Shown: positions 39,646 to 51,150, counted from the stretch's first letter. The stretch: 64,000 nucleotides of DNA from an uncultured delta proteobacterium (GCA_963763745.1 CAVXQJ010000001.1:194431-258430), one strand, 5' to 3'. A program made the numbers and translations. Notes: a model not told the origin generated them from the letters alone.

Positions 39646-41769
39646 GTGTGGTTCGCGTTCTGCGCGTTCTGGGGCATCGCCGCGATGCCGACCGCGGGGC
39701 ACCTCGGCGCGGGGTCCGCGGTGTCGACGATGATCGCGGAGGCGTCGCTCCAGTGGCACACCGTCTATCCGCTCTGGGATTGGTATCGCGTCGTCGATCC
39801 GTATCCCGCCGCGGTCTACACGCACCATCCATTCGGCGTGTATTGGATGTCCGCGGTGTTCGTGAAGCTCCTCGGGCACCGCGACATCGTGTGCAACTTG
39901 CCCGCGGCGATGATGAGCGCGTCGATGCCTCCGCTGCTCTATCGCATCGGCAAGCGCGCGTGGGGCGAGGTCGCGGGCACGGCGACCGCGCTCGGGTTCG
40001 TGGTGCTCCCGATCACGATTGGCTTCTCGATTTTCCACAACGTCGAAGTCATCACGATGTTCGGCAGCGCGCTCTTCTTCTTCGGTCACCTCGAATACCA
40101 AGCGACGGGCCGCCGCCTTCATCTCGTGACGAGCGTCATCGGCGCGACGATCGGCACCTCGGGCGATTGGCCCGGCTACTTCCTCATCGCGCCGCTCCTC
40201 GCGTGGGCGTTCTTGCGCGCGTTCACGCTCCCGCAGTGGATGACGCCGCACTTGAATGCGTCGCGGTATCACACGTGGTGGGCGTGGTGCGTCGCGGCGA
40301 CGCTCGCGACGTGCGCGCTGTGGATGGGCCTCTATCAACACGTCGATCGCATCGGCGAGTGGCTCGCGCAAGGCAAGTCGCGCGGCGGCGGGAGCGACAT
40401 GCCGCTCGCGGCCGTGCTCGAGTCGCGCAAGAACTGGATCGACTTCTCGTTCACGCCGCTCGCGATCGCCGTCGGAAAGCTCGCAGTTCCCGTCATCATC
40501 GTACGCGTCCTCGTTCGGCGTCGCGACGAAGAGGTTCTCTCGCTCGCGGCGCTGTTCGGCGCGGTGCTCCAGTACGTCGTCTTCAAACGCGGCGCCGACA
40601 TCCACGTCTTCTGGCCGCACTATTTCGGCACGTACTACGCGCTCGCGGTCGGGCAGCTCGTCGCCACGGCGGAAGGCATCGGTCTCTTCGTTGGGCGATT
40701 CATCGCGCCGATGCGCTCGCGCATGATCGCCCTCGTGCTCGCGGGTCTCACGTCGGTCGTCGCGATTTTCATGATCCTGCCCGACGGCGTCCGCTCGCTC
40801 GGCATTTGGCGGAGATCGGGCGGCAAGTACGACGACCGCGGCGCGCTCTGGGACAGCGACGCGGATTTCTTGTTCGTCTTGAAGAAGGTCGCGCGCCCGC
40901 GCGTGCATCGCGGCGAGATGCTCGCGCATCAAGGCCCGTGGGGATGGGAACAAGATTGGGCGCTCGCGGGCCTGTCGGAAGAATCGCAAGACCCGACGCC
41001 GCGCGACCCGTTCTGGTTCGCGCGCGCGCGCGAGCTCGGCGCCGATCACTTGAAGCGACTCGCACCGAAGAACCACTTGCGAATCTACGGCGCCGACGGC
41101 GTCGTCGTCGTCACGCGCGGCGAGCCGAACGCTCCGCTCGATGCGTTCTCTTTGCACGAGCGCGAGCCGAATCCATTCGAGTGGATGTTCACGAACAACA
41201 CCGAGCCCGTGCGCACCCTCGACACGACGCCCGACCCGTTCTTGACGTGGGAGTGGCGCGTCCATCTCGATCAAGCCGCGACGCCGCCGACCGCCGCGCC
41301 GACGACGATCGACGAGCTTCGCATCGCGCACAACGTCGCCGTCGCCGGAGGCAACACGGACGAAGCCGAGAAGCTCCGCGAGCGCCTCGTCGACCGGCTC
41401 GATCGAACGCCCGAATCTCATTTCGACGACGGCTCCGAGCTCATGGGCATCCGCGTCACGCGCGGCGTGAAGCCGACCGTCGAGATCTACGTTCACGCGG
41501 GAGGACCCACCGCGGGCGACACGACCTTCATCGTCCGGTCGAACATCGTCAAAGCAAACCCGCTGAGCCTCGTACCCATCGACGCGACCGAGTGCGATCA
41601 CGCCGTGCCGCCCGCGCTCTCGACGAAGCTCTGGAAGCAAGGCTTCGTCTACGTGTTTCACGCGGCGCTCAATCACCGCATCGGCCTCGAGAAATATTGG
41701 GGCACGCTGGGTCGGCGGGCCGCGTCGCGCGACGGCGCGCCGCACATCGATCTCGTCGAACTGCGGTGA
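39646..41769 (+). CDS. polytopic membrane glycosyltransferase (GT-C fold, PMT/ArnT-like)
   Basis: 707-aa ORF with about 11 predicted TM helices in the N-terminal 450 aa and a soluble C-terminal domain; an alternative GTG at 39594 (GTGA overlap with gmhB) in another frame, VKLDVERVCRVLLWIALRV, could be the true N-terminus if a 1-nt indel is present. Confidence 0.6.
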   Translation: MWFAFCAFWGIAAMPTAGHLGAGSAVSTMIAEASLQWHTVYPLWDWYRVVDPYPAAVYTHHPFGVYWMSAVFVKLLGHRDIVCNLPAAMMSASMPPLLYRIGKRAWGEVAGTATALGFVVLPITIGFSIFHNVEVITMFGSALFFFGHLEYQATGRRLHLVTSVIGATIGTSGDWPGYFLIAPLLAWAFLRAFTLPQWMTPHLNASRYHTWWAWCVAATLATCALWMGLYQHVDRIGEWLAQGKSRGGGSDMPLAAVLESRKNWIDFSFTPLAIAVGKLAVPVIIVRVLVRRRDEEVLSLAALFGAVLQYVVFKRGADIHVFWPHYFGTYYALAVGQLVATAEGIGLFVGRFIAPMRSRMIALVLAGLTSVVAIFMILPDGVRSLGIWRRSGGKYDDRGALWDSDADFLFVLKKVARPRVHRGEMLAHQGPWGWEQDWALAGLSEESQDPTPRDPFWFARARELGADHLKRLAPKNHLRIYGADGVVVVTRGEPNAPLDAFSLHEREPNPFEWMFTNNTEPVRTLDTTPDPFLTWEWRVHLDQAATPPTAAPTTIDELRIAHNVAVAGGNTDEAEKLRERLVDRLDRTPESHFDDGSELMGIRVTRGVKPTVEIYVHAGGPTAGDTTFIVRSNIVKANPLSLVPIDATECDHAVPPALSTKLWKQGFVYVFHAALNHRIGLEKYWGTLGRRAASRDGAPHIDLVELR

Positions 41770-41791
41770 GCCGTCGTACCCTCTCGCGCCG

Positions 41792-42700
41792 ATGACCGTC
41801 GCGTTGGATTTCATCGTCGGCTTGCGCGAGGCGTTCACGTTGCGCCACGCGGAGGAGAGGGCCGTGGCCGACGGCGACGCGCGACGCTCGGAGACGCGTC
41901 GCCTCGCCTCGGCGGCGCGCGCGCGGCGAGCTGCTGCGCGAAGGCTCGCGAGCCCGATCGCCGCGGTCACGCTGCTCCGCGAGGCGCTCGAAATCGCGCT
42001 GTCGCGGCGCGTCAGCCCGAGACGAAGACGCCGGATGGCGCTCGACCGGCTCGCCCGTGACGCGCCGTGACCTCGCCTCGTCGGCCGCCGCTCTACGTGG
42101 ACGAGCTTCCGTTCGCCGCGCGCGGAAGCCCTCCGCGACGCGCTCGACGACGAGCTCACGCGGCGCCTCGGCGCGCTCGACACGCGCAGCGTCGTCGTCG
42201 ATTCGCGCGCTCCGCGCCGGGCGATTCGCGGCCGCGGTCGCGTTCGTGCTCGCGCTCGATCGGCACGGGCGTACGTGCGCGCGAAGCTGCTCCCGCACAA
42301 CGTGGCCGCTCGGAAAACCCGTGCTCACGAACGGGCTCGCTGCGACTCGAACGGCGGCGCGACGTCGTCGATGGACGGACGCGCGGCACGTTCGGCGTCT
42401 ACACGAACGACGCGCCCCGCCCGTTCGTGATGGTCGACCTCGAGAAGTCGCTACGCGCATCACGCGCGATCCGCGTGTTCAACCGCGGCGACGGGTGGTT
42501 CGACGACAGCCTGCCGCTCGCGATCGAAATCTCCGAGGACGACGGTCGCCGTTCCGCGAGCCCGTCGGCGAGCGCACGCAGCACTTCGACATGTGGACCA
42601 TCGATCCTGCCGCCAGGGCACGCGCGCCCGATTCGTCCGCGTCGCGAAGCTCACGCGCGGTTACATCGCGCTCAACGAAATCGAGATCTATTCGCGTGAC
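41792..42700 (+). pseudogene. discoidin (F5/8 type C) domain protein, fragmented over at least 3 frames
   Basis: MTVALDFIVGLREAF start; GTFGVYTNDAPRPFVMVDLEKSLRASRAIRVFNRGDGWFDDSLPLAIEISEDDGR, FREPVGERTQHFDMWTIDP and the terminal LTRGYIALNEIEIYSRD lie in three different frames. Confidence 0.45.
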
Positions 42701-42719
42701 TGAACGCTCCTGCCGCTGC

Positions 42720-45700
42720 GTCGCCCGCCATCGCCCTCGATGTGTTCCGCGTCATCCTCGCGCTCGGCGCGGTCGCGCTCGTCGTCGCGCCCGATCTTCA
42801 GACGATGAACAGGCTCGGCGGTCACGACTGGGACCCGATGGAGGCGCGACCGCTATCCTCGCGATCAAGACGATCAAGCACTACCACCAGTTCCCTTTTT
42901 GGAACCCGTACAGCTGCGGCGGTCACACGTGGTGGGGCGGTCTCGAGAACGGCGTGAACCTCGTCTCGCCGTTCTTCCCCGTCTACATGCTGTCCCGCTC
43001 CCGTCGCGATGCGCATCGAGGTCGTGGGCACCGCGCGCTCGGCGTCATCGGCAGCGTGGATGCTCGCCGGGCGCTTCACGAAGAGCTCCGGCCTCAAGCT
43101 GCTCGTCGCCGTCGCGTTCGCGCTGAACTCGCGGTGGTCGCTCCAGGCGTCCGTCGGGCCACACGTGGCACTTGTATTATGCATGGATTCCGTGGGCGCT
43201 CTTCTTCCTCGATCGCGCGCTCGCGATGGATCCAGCCGACACGCGGCGCGTCGCACGGTGCGCGAGCTCGCGCTCTTCGGGCTCGATGCTCGCGATGATG
43301 GTCTACAACGGCGCGATCTACCCGGTGCCGCAGGCGATCCTGCTCGCGGGCCTCTACGCGATCGCGTGCGCGGTCGCGATGCGCTCGTGGCGTCCCGTCG
43401 GGCTCACGATCGCGCGGTGGGCTCTTCGCGTTCGCGTTCTCCGCGCCGCGCCTCTTCCGATCGTCGACATGCTGCGGCGCTTTCCGCGCCTCGTCGACTC
43501 GACCGAGACGATGGACCTCGCGGCGTTCGTCGGCATCTTCACCGCGAAGACGGGTGACCCGCGACCCGGCGTCGGACCATGGGGCTGGCACGAGTACGGC
43601 GACTACGTCGGGTGGATTCCGTTCGCGTTGATGCTCGTCGCGCCGTTCGTCGCGCGTCGCGCGCGCGAGCGTGGGATGGCGTCGCGGGCGTCGTCGTCGA
43701 TCGTGCTCGGGTTCGGGCGCTTCCACCACTAGGCGCCGTGGGGCTCTCCACGACCACTTGCCGATCTTCGAGTCGCAGCACGTCCCGTCGCGCTGGCTCT
43801 ATCCCGCGGTGCTCGTGTTGCTCGTCGCGCCGCCGGCGCGATCGAGCGCGTGCTCGTGCGGCAGAAGCGTCGCACGCTCCTCGAGATCGCGTTGGTCTTC
43901 GTCGGCGCGTACGTCGCGCTCGACGTCTCGCTCGAATCGCAGCGGCCGCTCGTCGGCGCGCTCGTCGCGTCCGCAGCCGCGCCTCGAGGAGAGCTTCGGC
44001 CCATTCCACCAAGAGAAGGTCGCGCCGCCCACGCTGCGCTACGCCGAGTCCGACTGGGCGCCGCCGTCGTACCCGAGCATGATCGCGAACATCGGCGTGA
44101 TCGAGTGCAGCACGTTCCCCGGTCTGCACAGCTACTACCGCAACAAGGACGGATCGATGCCGGGGCTCGGCGCGAAAGGAAAAGGGCGAGCCGGGGTACC
44201 CCGGAGAAGCGTTCTTCGCGACGGGTGAGGGCTACGCGAGCATCGTGTCGTGGACGCCGAACGCCGTCGTCGTTCACTACAGCGAACGCGCACCCAGGCG
44301 ACATGCTGCATGATGAACCAAAATTGGGATCCGGGTTGGAGCGCCGACGGCCACGCGGCGCTCGATTGGGCGAGCGCGTCGGGACGCGCGTCGAGGCGAG
44401 CGACGGCGAGATGACGTTCCGCTATCGCTCGCGCTTCTTCGTCAGCGGCGTGTTGATTTTCTGGCGACAGTCGTCGGGCTCTTCGTCTTCCGCAAGCACG
44501 ACGCTCAAAAGCAGGCGTAGTCGTGCTCCGCGACGCGCGCCGTTTTCTTGCGAAGCATGCCGAGCGCGTCGTGTTCGGCGGCGTCGTCTCGTTCGTGTTC
44601 TTTTTTCACGCGAAGTACCACGAGCCATGGCGCGACGAAGCGCAAGCTTGGCTCATCGTGCGCGCGGAATCGCTCGGCACGCTGATGCAAGCTTGCGGTT
44701 CGAGTCGCATCCGCCGCTGCCCTATCTGATTCTCGACTCGCTCGCGCGTCTTCACGCTCCGCTCCCGCTCGCGATCCTCGCGGCGATCAACACGGCGTTC
44801 TTGCTCGGAGGGACGAACGCGCTCGTCCGCGCGATGGGCGCGTCGCGTCGCTCGGGCATCGTCTTCACGCTCGTCTGCGCGTGCACGTACATCTACGTCT
44901 ACGAGCTCGGCGTCGTCGCGCGCGCTTATGGCCTCGGCCTCGGCCTGGCGTTTTGGATGATGGCCGCGATGCACCGCGCGCTCGCGAGAGGCGAGCACCG
45001 CGATCGTCGCATCGCGGGATTTACGGGCGCTGCGTCCGCGCTGACGTCCGCGACCGCCGCCGTGTACGTCGCCGCGGCAGTCGTCGTCTTCGGCGTGATG
45101 TGGATCTCGCGCAACCGAATCGCCGATTCGTTCGCGCTCTCTGGCTCGCACCGATCGCGCCCGCCATGTGGCTCGTGAACGACGTCACGAAGCCGCTCCC
45201 CGATCGATGGATTCAATTCGAGCACCTCGAGCTGCCGCAACGCACGTGGGACGTCGACTGGCGCGAGTCGCGCAAGTGGCTGGAAGAAATCTTCGGCGTC
45301 GGCTCATCGAATAGCTGGTGGCCGACGAAGGACATCCCGCCGACGCACTTCGATTGGGCCATCGAAGGTCTTCGCATGCTCGTCGTCGCCGTCGTCGTCG
45401 TGAACGGCGTGCGCTTCGTGCGCGAGTGGCGCACCGCGTTCTTCGTGCCGGTCGCGAGCGCGCTTCAAGTCGCGGGCATCTTCTACGTGATTTTCTACCG
45501 CGGGCTTCGTCCGGACTATCGCCATTGGGCCTTCGTGATGGCGACCGTCCAAGTCGTGCTCGGCGGGCTCTGTTTGGTCGAGGCGCGGAAGAGCCTCTTA
45601 TTGAAGGCGATCCGCCGCGGCGCGATCGTGCTCCTCGCACCGTGGCTCTGGAACCAAGCGACGATCGCGTACTCCAACATCGAGCAAGACGCGTCCTATC

Positions 45701-46071
45701 CCTTTTCGCTCACGAAAGAGTTTGCGAGCTTCCTCCCGCGCGGCGCGCGCGTGATCGTCGATCGCGACGTCTTCGGCACGTCGATCTCGTATTGGCGCCC
45801 CGATGTCGTCACGCGCAGCCCCGACCACCGCGGCCGCTATTTCACCTACGTGCGCTGGGATCGCGCGGAAGCGCATAGCTCGCCGCGCGTGCTCGCGCAC
45901 GACGAGTGCGGAAAGTCCACGACGCGAACCGTCTATCTCTTCGGCAACACGGCAGACGTTCCCACCGAATGCGTGAGCCCACTGGCGCCGCCCTACACGG
46001 GGACGAAGGCGCGTACGGACGAGTACGGGCGCGAATGGGCGGTGAGCTGCAATTGCTTGCTGCGACCGTGA
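42720..46071 (+). pseudogene. YfhO-like large polytopic membrane protein, fragmented over at least 7 frame changes
   Basis: Protein-like hydrophobic segments (AILAIKTIKHYHQFPFWNPYSCGG; YYAWIPWALFFLDRALAMDP; VFTLVCACTYIYVYELGVVARAYGLGLGLAFWMM; final 396-aa intact stretch 44881..46071) alternate between all three forward frames. Confidence 0.45.
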
Positions 46072-46075
46072 TAGA

Positions 46076-47421
46076 GTGCGCGCCTCGAAAATCATGCACG
46101 ACATCGGAATTCTTGGCGGCGGCATCTCGGGTCTCTTCACGGCTTACTTTCTCGGCGGCGACGTAGAGGTCCTCGAGGGTGACGACCGAGTCGGCGGGCT
46201 CGCGCGCTGCTTCGGCGGCGAAGGCTTCCGCTCGGACATCGGCGGTCACATCCTCTTCTCGAAAGACAAAGAAGCGCTCGCCCACGAGCTCGCCGCGCTC
46301 GGCGACAACCGGCGGCAGGGCATTCGCGCGAACAAGATTTTGTACGGGGGCCTGCACGTCAAATATCCGTTCGAGAACGGCATCGACATTCTGCCGAAGG
46401 AAGATCGCGTCGACATCCTTCACTCGTTCATCGACAACCCGCACAAAGCGACGACGCCGACGAACTTTCGCGAGTGGATGTATCACGTGTTCGGCGACGG
46501 CATCACGAACCGGTACCTCCTCCCGTACAATGAAAAGATCTGGAAGACCGACCCTTCGCAGATGAGCCTCGAGTGGGTCGGACGCGTGCCCACAATCGAT
46601 CTGCGCGACTTGATCAAGACCGCGATCGGCATCCAGACCGAGGGCTACACGCACCAACTTTATTTCGACTACCCGAAGACCGGCGGATTCGAGTCGTTGC
46701 CCAAGGCGGTCGCCGCGAAGATCGCGTCGAAGATCACGACCGGCTTTCGCGTGGCGAAGGTGAAGCGCATCGACGGTGGATTCGCCGTGATCAGCACCAC
46801 CGGCGAAGAGCGCCGCTACAAACAGCTCGTCGCGACGATCCCGCTGACGACGCTCTTCGCCGCGCTCGACGACGTGCCGAAAGACGTCAACGACACCGCG
46901 CATGCGCTGCGATTCAACTCGCTGCGCGTCGTGCTCGTCGGCGTGAACGTGACGAACCTCCCCGCGTACACCGCGCTCTACGTCCCCGAGCCGAAGTCGC
47001 TCTACCACCGCGTTTGTTACAACCAAGTCTTCAGCCCCGACATGGTGCCGGCGGGCTGCAACTCGGTGTCGTGCGAGATCACCGTGCCGCCGGGCGGCGA
47101 TCTCGATTCGTGGAGCGACGAGAAGGTTCTCGAGCGCACAATCGACGATTGCATCGCGACCAAGTGATCGACAAATCGACGGTCGTGTACCGCCATGTTC
47201 ATCGCGAGAAGTTCGCCTACGTCGTCTACGACCACGGCTACTCCGATCGCGTGCGCAAGATTCGTGACTTCACCGACTCGCGCGGCATTCACCTCGCGGG
47301 TCGTTTCGCCGAGTACCAATACGTGAACACCGACGCGTGCGTGCGGCGCGCGCTCGATCTCGCGCGGCAGCTCCGCGCGGGCGACATCGCGCCCGAGGCG
47401 CGCATTCCGAAGACGTGGTGA
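46076..47421 (+). CDS. FAD/NAD(P)-binding oxidoreductase (amine-oxidase/UDP-galactopyranose-mutase-like flavoprotein); 1-nt deletion near 47160
   Basis: GILGGGISGL dinucleotide-binding motif; the C-terminal 85 aa (VIDKSTVVYRHVHREKFAYVVYDHGY...HLAGRFAEYQY) continue in the -1 frame after a premature TGA. Confidence 0.65.
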
Positions 47422-47425
47422 GACG

Positions 47426-48853
47426 ATGGCCGAGCGTTACGCAGAAGAAGTGAACTACGAGCTGGCACGCGCGATCGGACGACCGCGCACCGCGCTCGAC
47501 GTGGGTTGTGGTCGTGGTCAGAACGGCGCGCTCGCGAAAGCGAAGGGCGCCAAGGTCACGGGCATCGAAAATTGGCCGGCGTCGGTGGCCGCCGCGCGCG
47601 AGCGCCTCGACGAAGTGATCGACGCGGACATCGAAGCGGACGACGTCGACCTCGGCGCTCGTCGATTCGATCTCATCATCTTCGGAGACGTGCTCGAGCA
47701 CACGCGCGAGCCGCGCCGCGTGCTCGATCATTTCCTTCCATATCTCGAAGACGGCGGCCACGTGATCGTCTCGCTGCCGAACGTCGCCGCGTGGCCCGTT
47801 CGCTTGCAGCTCCTCGCGGGTCGCTTCGAGTACGCGAAGAAGGGCATCCTCGACGAGACGCATCTTCGCTTCTTCACGCGCGAGAGCGCCGTGCGCCTCG
47901 TCGAAGACGCGGGGCTCGAAGTGCTCTCCGTCGGGCTCAACCCGATGCTCGTGCGCGCGGGTCTCGGCGCGATCGAGAAGGTGATGGGCGGCAACCCGAA
48001 CGGCGAGGCAGCAGACGCGTCCGCCATCCTCGATAACCCGCTCTACAAGGCCTATTTGAAGGTCGTTCGACCGATCGAAGGCGAGGTCGCGAAGGTCGCG
48101 CCGAACGCGCTGTCGTTCCAAACGGTGATCGTCGCGCGCAAGCGCCCCGCGCGTCGCAAGCTCTCGCTCACCGTCGGGATGATCTCGATGAACGAAGAGC
48201 GCGCCGTCGCGTCCGTCATCGACGACATCCACGCCGCAGCGCCCGAAGCGGAGATCCTCCTCGTCGACAGCTCGAAGGACAAGACACCGGAGATCGCGAC
48301 GGCGAAAGGCGCGCGCGTCGTGCGGCAGTTCCCGCCCAAGGGCTACGGCCCCGCGATGTTCCGACTTCTCCACGAGGCGAAGACGGACGTCATCATCACG
48401 CTCGACTGCGACGGCACCTACCCGACGGATCGCATCCCGGAGCTGCATCGCATGATCGAAGAGGGCGCGGACCTCGTGAACACGACGCGCACGCGGCATC
48501 GTCCGGACGCGATGCCGTTCGCGAACTTCCTCGCCAATCGCGTCTTCGCGGGAACGGCGCACGCGCTCCACGGGCTCCCGACGACCGACGTCCACAGCGG
48601 CATGCGCGCGTATCGCACGTCGATGCTGCGCGGCATCGACGTCGACCCGAATGGCGCGGCGCTCCCCGTCGATCTCTTCGTCATTCCCGCGCGCCGCGGT
48701 TACCACCTCGTCGAAGTCGAGATCCCGTATTTCGTGCGCATCGGCGACACGACGCTCCACCGCTTCGACAGCACGATTTGGACGTTCAAACGTTTGCTGC
48801 GCGACGCGTCCGTCGGCGGCCGCACGAAGCACGGGCGCTGGGAAAATCGCTGA
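47426..48853 (+). CDS. bifunctional class-I SAM-dependent methyltransferase / family-2 glycosyltransferase fusion
   Basis: N-terminus LDVGCGRGQNG...DLIIFGDVLEH (Methyltransf_11-like); C-terminus LTVGMISMNEE...LLVDSSKDKT...TLDCDGTYP (GT2/DPM1-like); intact 475 aa. Confidence 0.8.
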   Translation: MAERYAEEVNYELARAIGRPRTALDVGCGRGQNGALAKAKGAKVTGIENWPASVAAARERLDEVIDADIEADDVDLGARRFDLIIFGDVLEHTREPRRVLDHFLPYLEDGGHVIVSLPNVAAWPVRLQLLAGRFEYAKKGILDETHLRFFTRESAVRLVEDAGLEVLSVGLNPMLVRAGLGAIEKVMGGNPNGEAADASAILDNPLYKAYLKVVRPIEGEVAKVAPNALSFQTVIVARKRPARRKLSLTVGMISMNEERAVASVIDDIHAAAPEAEILLVDSSKDKTPEIATAKGARVVRQFPPKGYGPAMFRLLHEAKTDVIITLDCDGTYPTDRIPELHRMIEEGADLVNTTRTRHRPDAMPFANFLANRVFAGTAHALHGLPTTDVHSGMRAYRTSMLRGIDVDPNGAALPVDLFVIPARRGYHLVEVEIPYFVRIGDTTLHRFDSTIWTFKRLLRDASVGGRTKHGRWENR

Positions 48854-48856
48854 GCG

Positions 48857-50148
48857 TCACCAGTCGACCCATTGGGTCATGTTGCATTTCCTGAGACCGT
48901 ACGGCCCGACGTCGCCGATGTAATAACAAAGGTCGGCTTCGCGGTAATGCCAGCGGCTCATCGCGAGCCACAAGACCAGCACGACCGGGCGCGTGCGAAG
49001 AAGGTTGCCGAGCGCGAGAAAGAGCGGAAACGCGATGAGCACGTAGCGCGACATGCCGCCGAGATAAATCTGCAAGCTGCCGTAAATGGTCAGCCCGTAG
49101 ACGAGCACGACGAGCGCGTAGAAGAACGCGCGCTCCGATGCCGCGAGGTGCTTGAACGCGAGCCGCGCTCCAAGCAAAAACCAAAGCAGCATGCCGATGG
49201 CCCACACGCTGTCGTGCACCGCGCCGTCGATGGAGTGCATGATCCATTCGGGCTTGGGATCCGATATCTGCGAGATGCTCGGGTCGTGCGAGTAAATCAC
49301 GCCGTGCGCGCGCGTGTAGATCATCGGGTCGTCGAATCGCGACCAGAAGTAGCCCATCACGACGAAGGCGCCCCACGCGGACAGCGGAAAACACGCTGCG
49401 CGCGCGATCCACGCGCCGGCGCCGCGTGGTCTATTTTGCCACGTCGCGACGAGCAAGCCGACCGAGAGCGCGACCGCGCCCGCGACTGCCGTCACGCGCA
49501 TCGCGGTCGCGCATCCCATCAAGAACGCCGCGAGCTCGAAACGCTTGTGCGCGAATGCGACGTAAGACGAGAACGTGAAGAAGAGCGTCAATGGCTCCGT
49601 GGCGACGAACACGAGATAACAAGACGCCGGATACGCGTTGAGCAGGATGAGCGAGAGCCACGCGGTCACGAGACCAAAGCGTTTCGTGATCGCTGGCCCG
49701 TCCAAAAGAAGAACGTGAGGAACGACGCGAGCAGCGACAGGCCCCAGAGCGCCAGGTCCATCGGCATCGCGTGGAGACGCGTGACGAAGCGCCCGAGCAT
49801 CGGATAGCCGGGATAGAACGTGAGCGTGCAGCGCCCGTCGTACATGAGGATGTCCGCGTCGGACATTCGGCCGCGCGGGCACGCCGTGTACCCGCGAAGC
49901 GCGATCGCGATGTAGTGCTCCGCGTCCCAACGCGCGACGGTGAGTCGCTTCGCGTTCGAAGCGTGCGTTTGATGAATCGGATCGACGAACGCCGGTGGAT
50001 CATTCGGCGCGCGATCGAACGGCTCCTGAAATCGCTGGCGCGCCATGTCCTTCGCGTCGAGCACGTGCATCGCGACGAGCAACGCCGCGAAGAAGACGCG
50101 GAACCACGCGCGCGTCAGAAGCCACTCGATCCGATCGCGCATGCTCAT
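48857..50148 (-). CDS. polytopic membrane protein, putative glycosyltransferase (GT87/DUF2029-like); frame disruption in a TTTT run near 49690
   Basis: N-terminal part (track ORF 49666..50148: MSMRDRIEWLLTRAWFRVFFAALL...) and the C-terminal ~290 aa of track ORF 48857..49930 are both hydrophobic and protein-like and join if one T is added. Confidence 0.55.
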
Positions 50149-50161
50149 GCGCTCGCCAGAT

Positions 50162-51133
50162 TCATCCGCCGAAGATTTCGCGCGCGACCTCGGACACGGC
50201 TCGCGCGACCGCTTCGTCCGACGTGTTCTTCACGCGGAAACCGAGGTCGCGAGCTTCTCTCGATTGAGGCGCGAGAACGAAACGTCGCCGGGCCAGCCTT
50301 GCGGCGTCTCGCCGAGAGTCGATGCGCGCCTTCGGGTACGGCGACGCGGCGACGACGAGCTCGGCGATGCGCTTCACCGAGGTCCAGTCGGGCGGCGCGA
50401 GGTTGTAGATGCGAGTTTCCTCGCCCTTGGCGTTCTCCGAACCGAAGAGCACGCCTTCGGCGCAGTCGGTGACGTGCAAGTATGGTTTGACTGCCGGCCG
50501 TTGCCGAGCACGTCGAGGTGGTCGGGGTGCGCCTTGAGCTTCTTGCAGAAGTCGAGGATCGCGCCGTGCGTGCCGCGCGGGCCGACGACGTTGCCGAAGC
50601 GGCAGATGTACCGCTGAAGCCGAAGCACTCGCGTACGCAGCGATGAGCGCCTCGCCCGCGAACTTGCTCGCGCCGTAGAGCGAGATCGGAAGATGTCCGA
50701 GCTCGCATCTCGGCTGCATGCCTCGGACGTGTTGCCGTAGACCGTGCCGCTCGACGAGAAGACGAAGCGCTTGATGCCGTTGAGGCGCGCCGCTTCGAGC
50801 GCGTTGTACGTCGCGATGGTGCCTTGCTCGAGATCGAGTCGCGTGCGCTCGAGACCCCAGCGCGCCTCCGGGTTCGCCGCGAGGTGGAACACGACGTCGT
50901 GGCCCGCCATGGCCTTCGAGCGCGTCGAGATCGAGCGCGTCGCCGACGACGAGCGACGCGCGTCTCGCCTCGAGGTGGCCCGCGACGAACTCGCGCTTGC
51001 CGACCGAGAGGTTGTCGAAAATCGTCACGCCGCCGCGAGCGACGAGCAGATCGACGAGGTGGCTGCCGATGAAGCCCGCGCCGCCGACGATGAATGAACG
51101 CATTGAAAGGCTGTTTAGCGTGTTCGCTGGCAA
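50162..51133 (-). pseudogene. NAD-dependent epimerase/dehydratase (GalE-like) fragmented by at least 4 frame changes
   Basis: MRSFIVGGAGFIGSHLVDLL Rossmann start; AGHDVVFHLAANPEARWG, YGASKFAGEAL (YxxxK) and YRFGNVVGPRGTHGAILDF segments lie in alternating frames (track ORFs 50162..51133 and 50374..50910). Confidence 0.55.
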
Positions 51134-51150
51134 GCTGCTAGAAGACCCGC

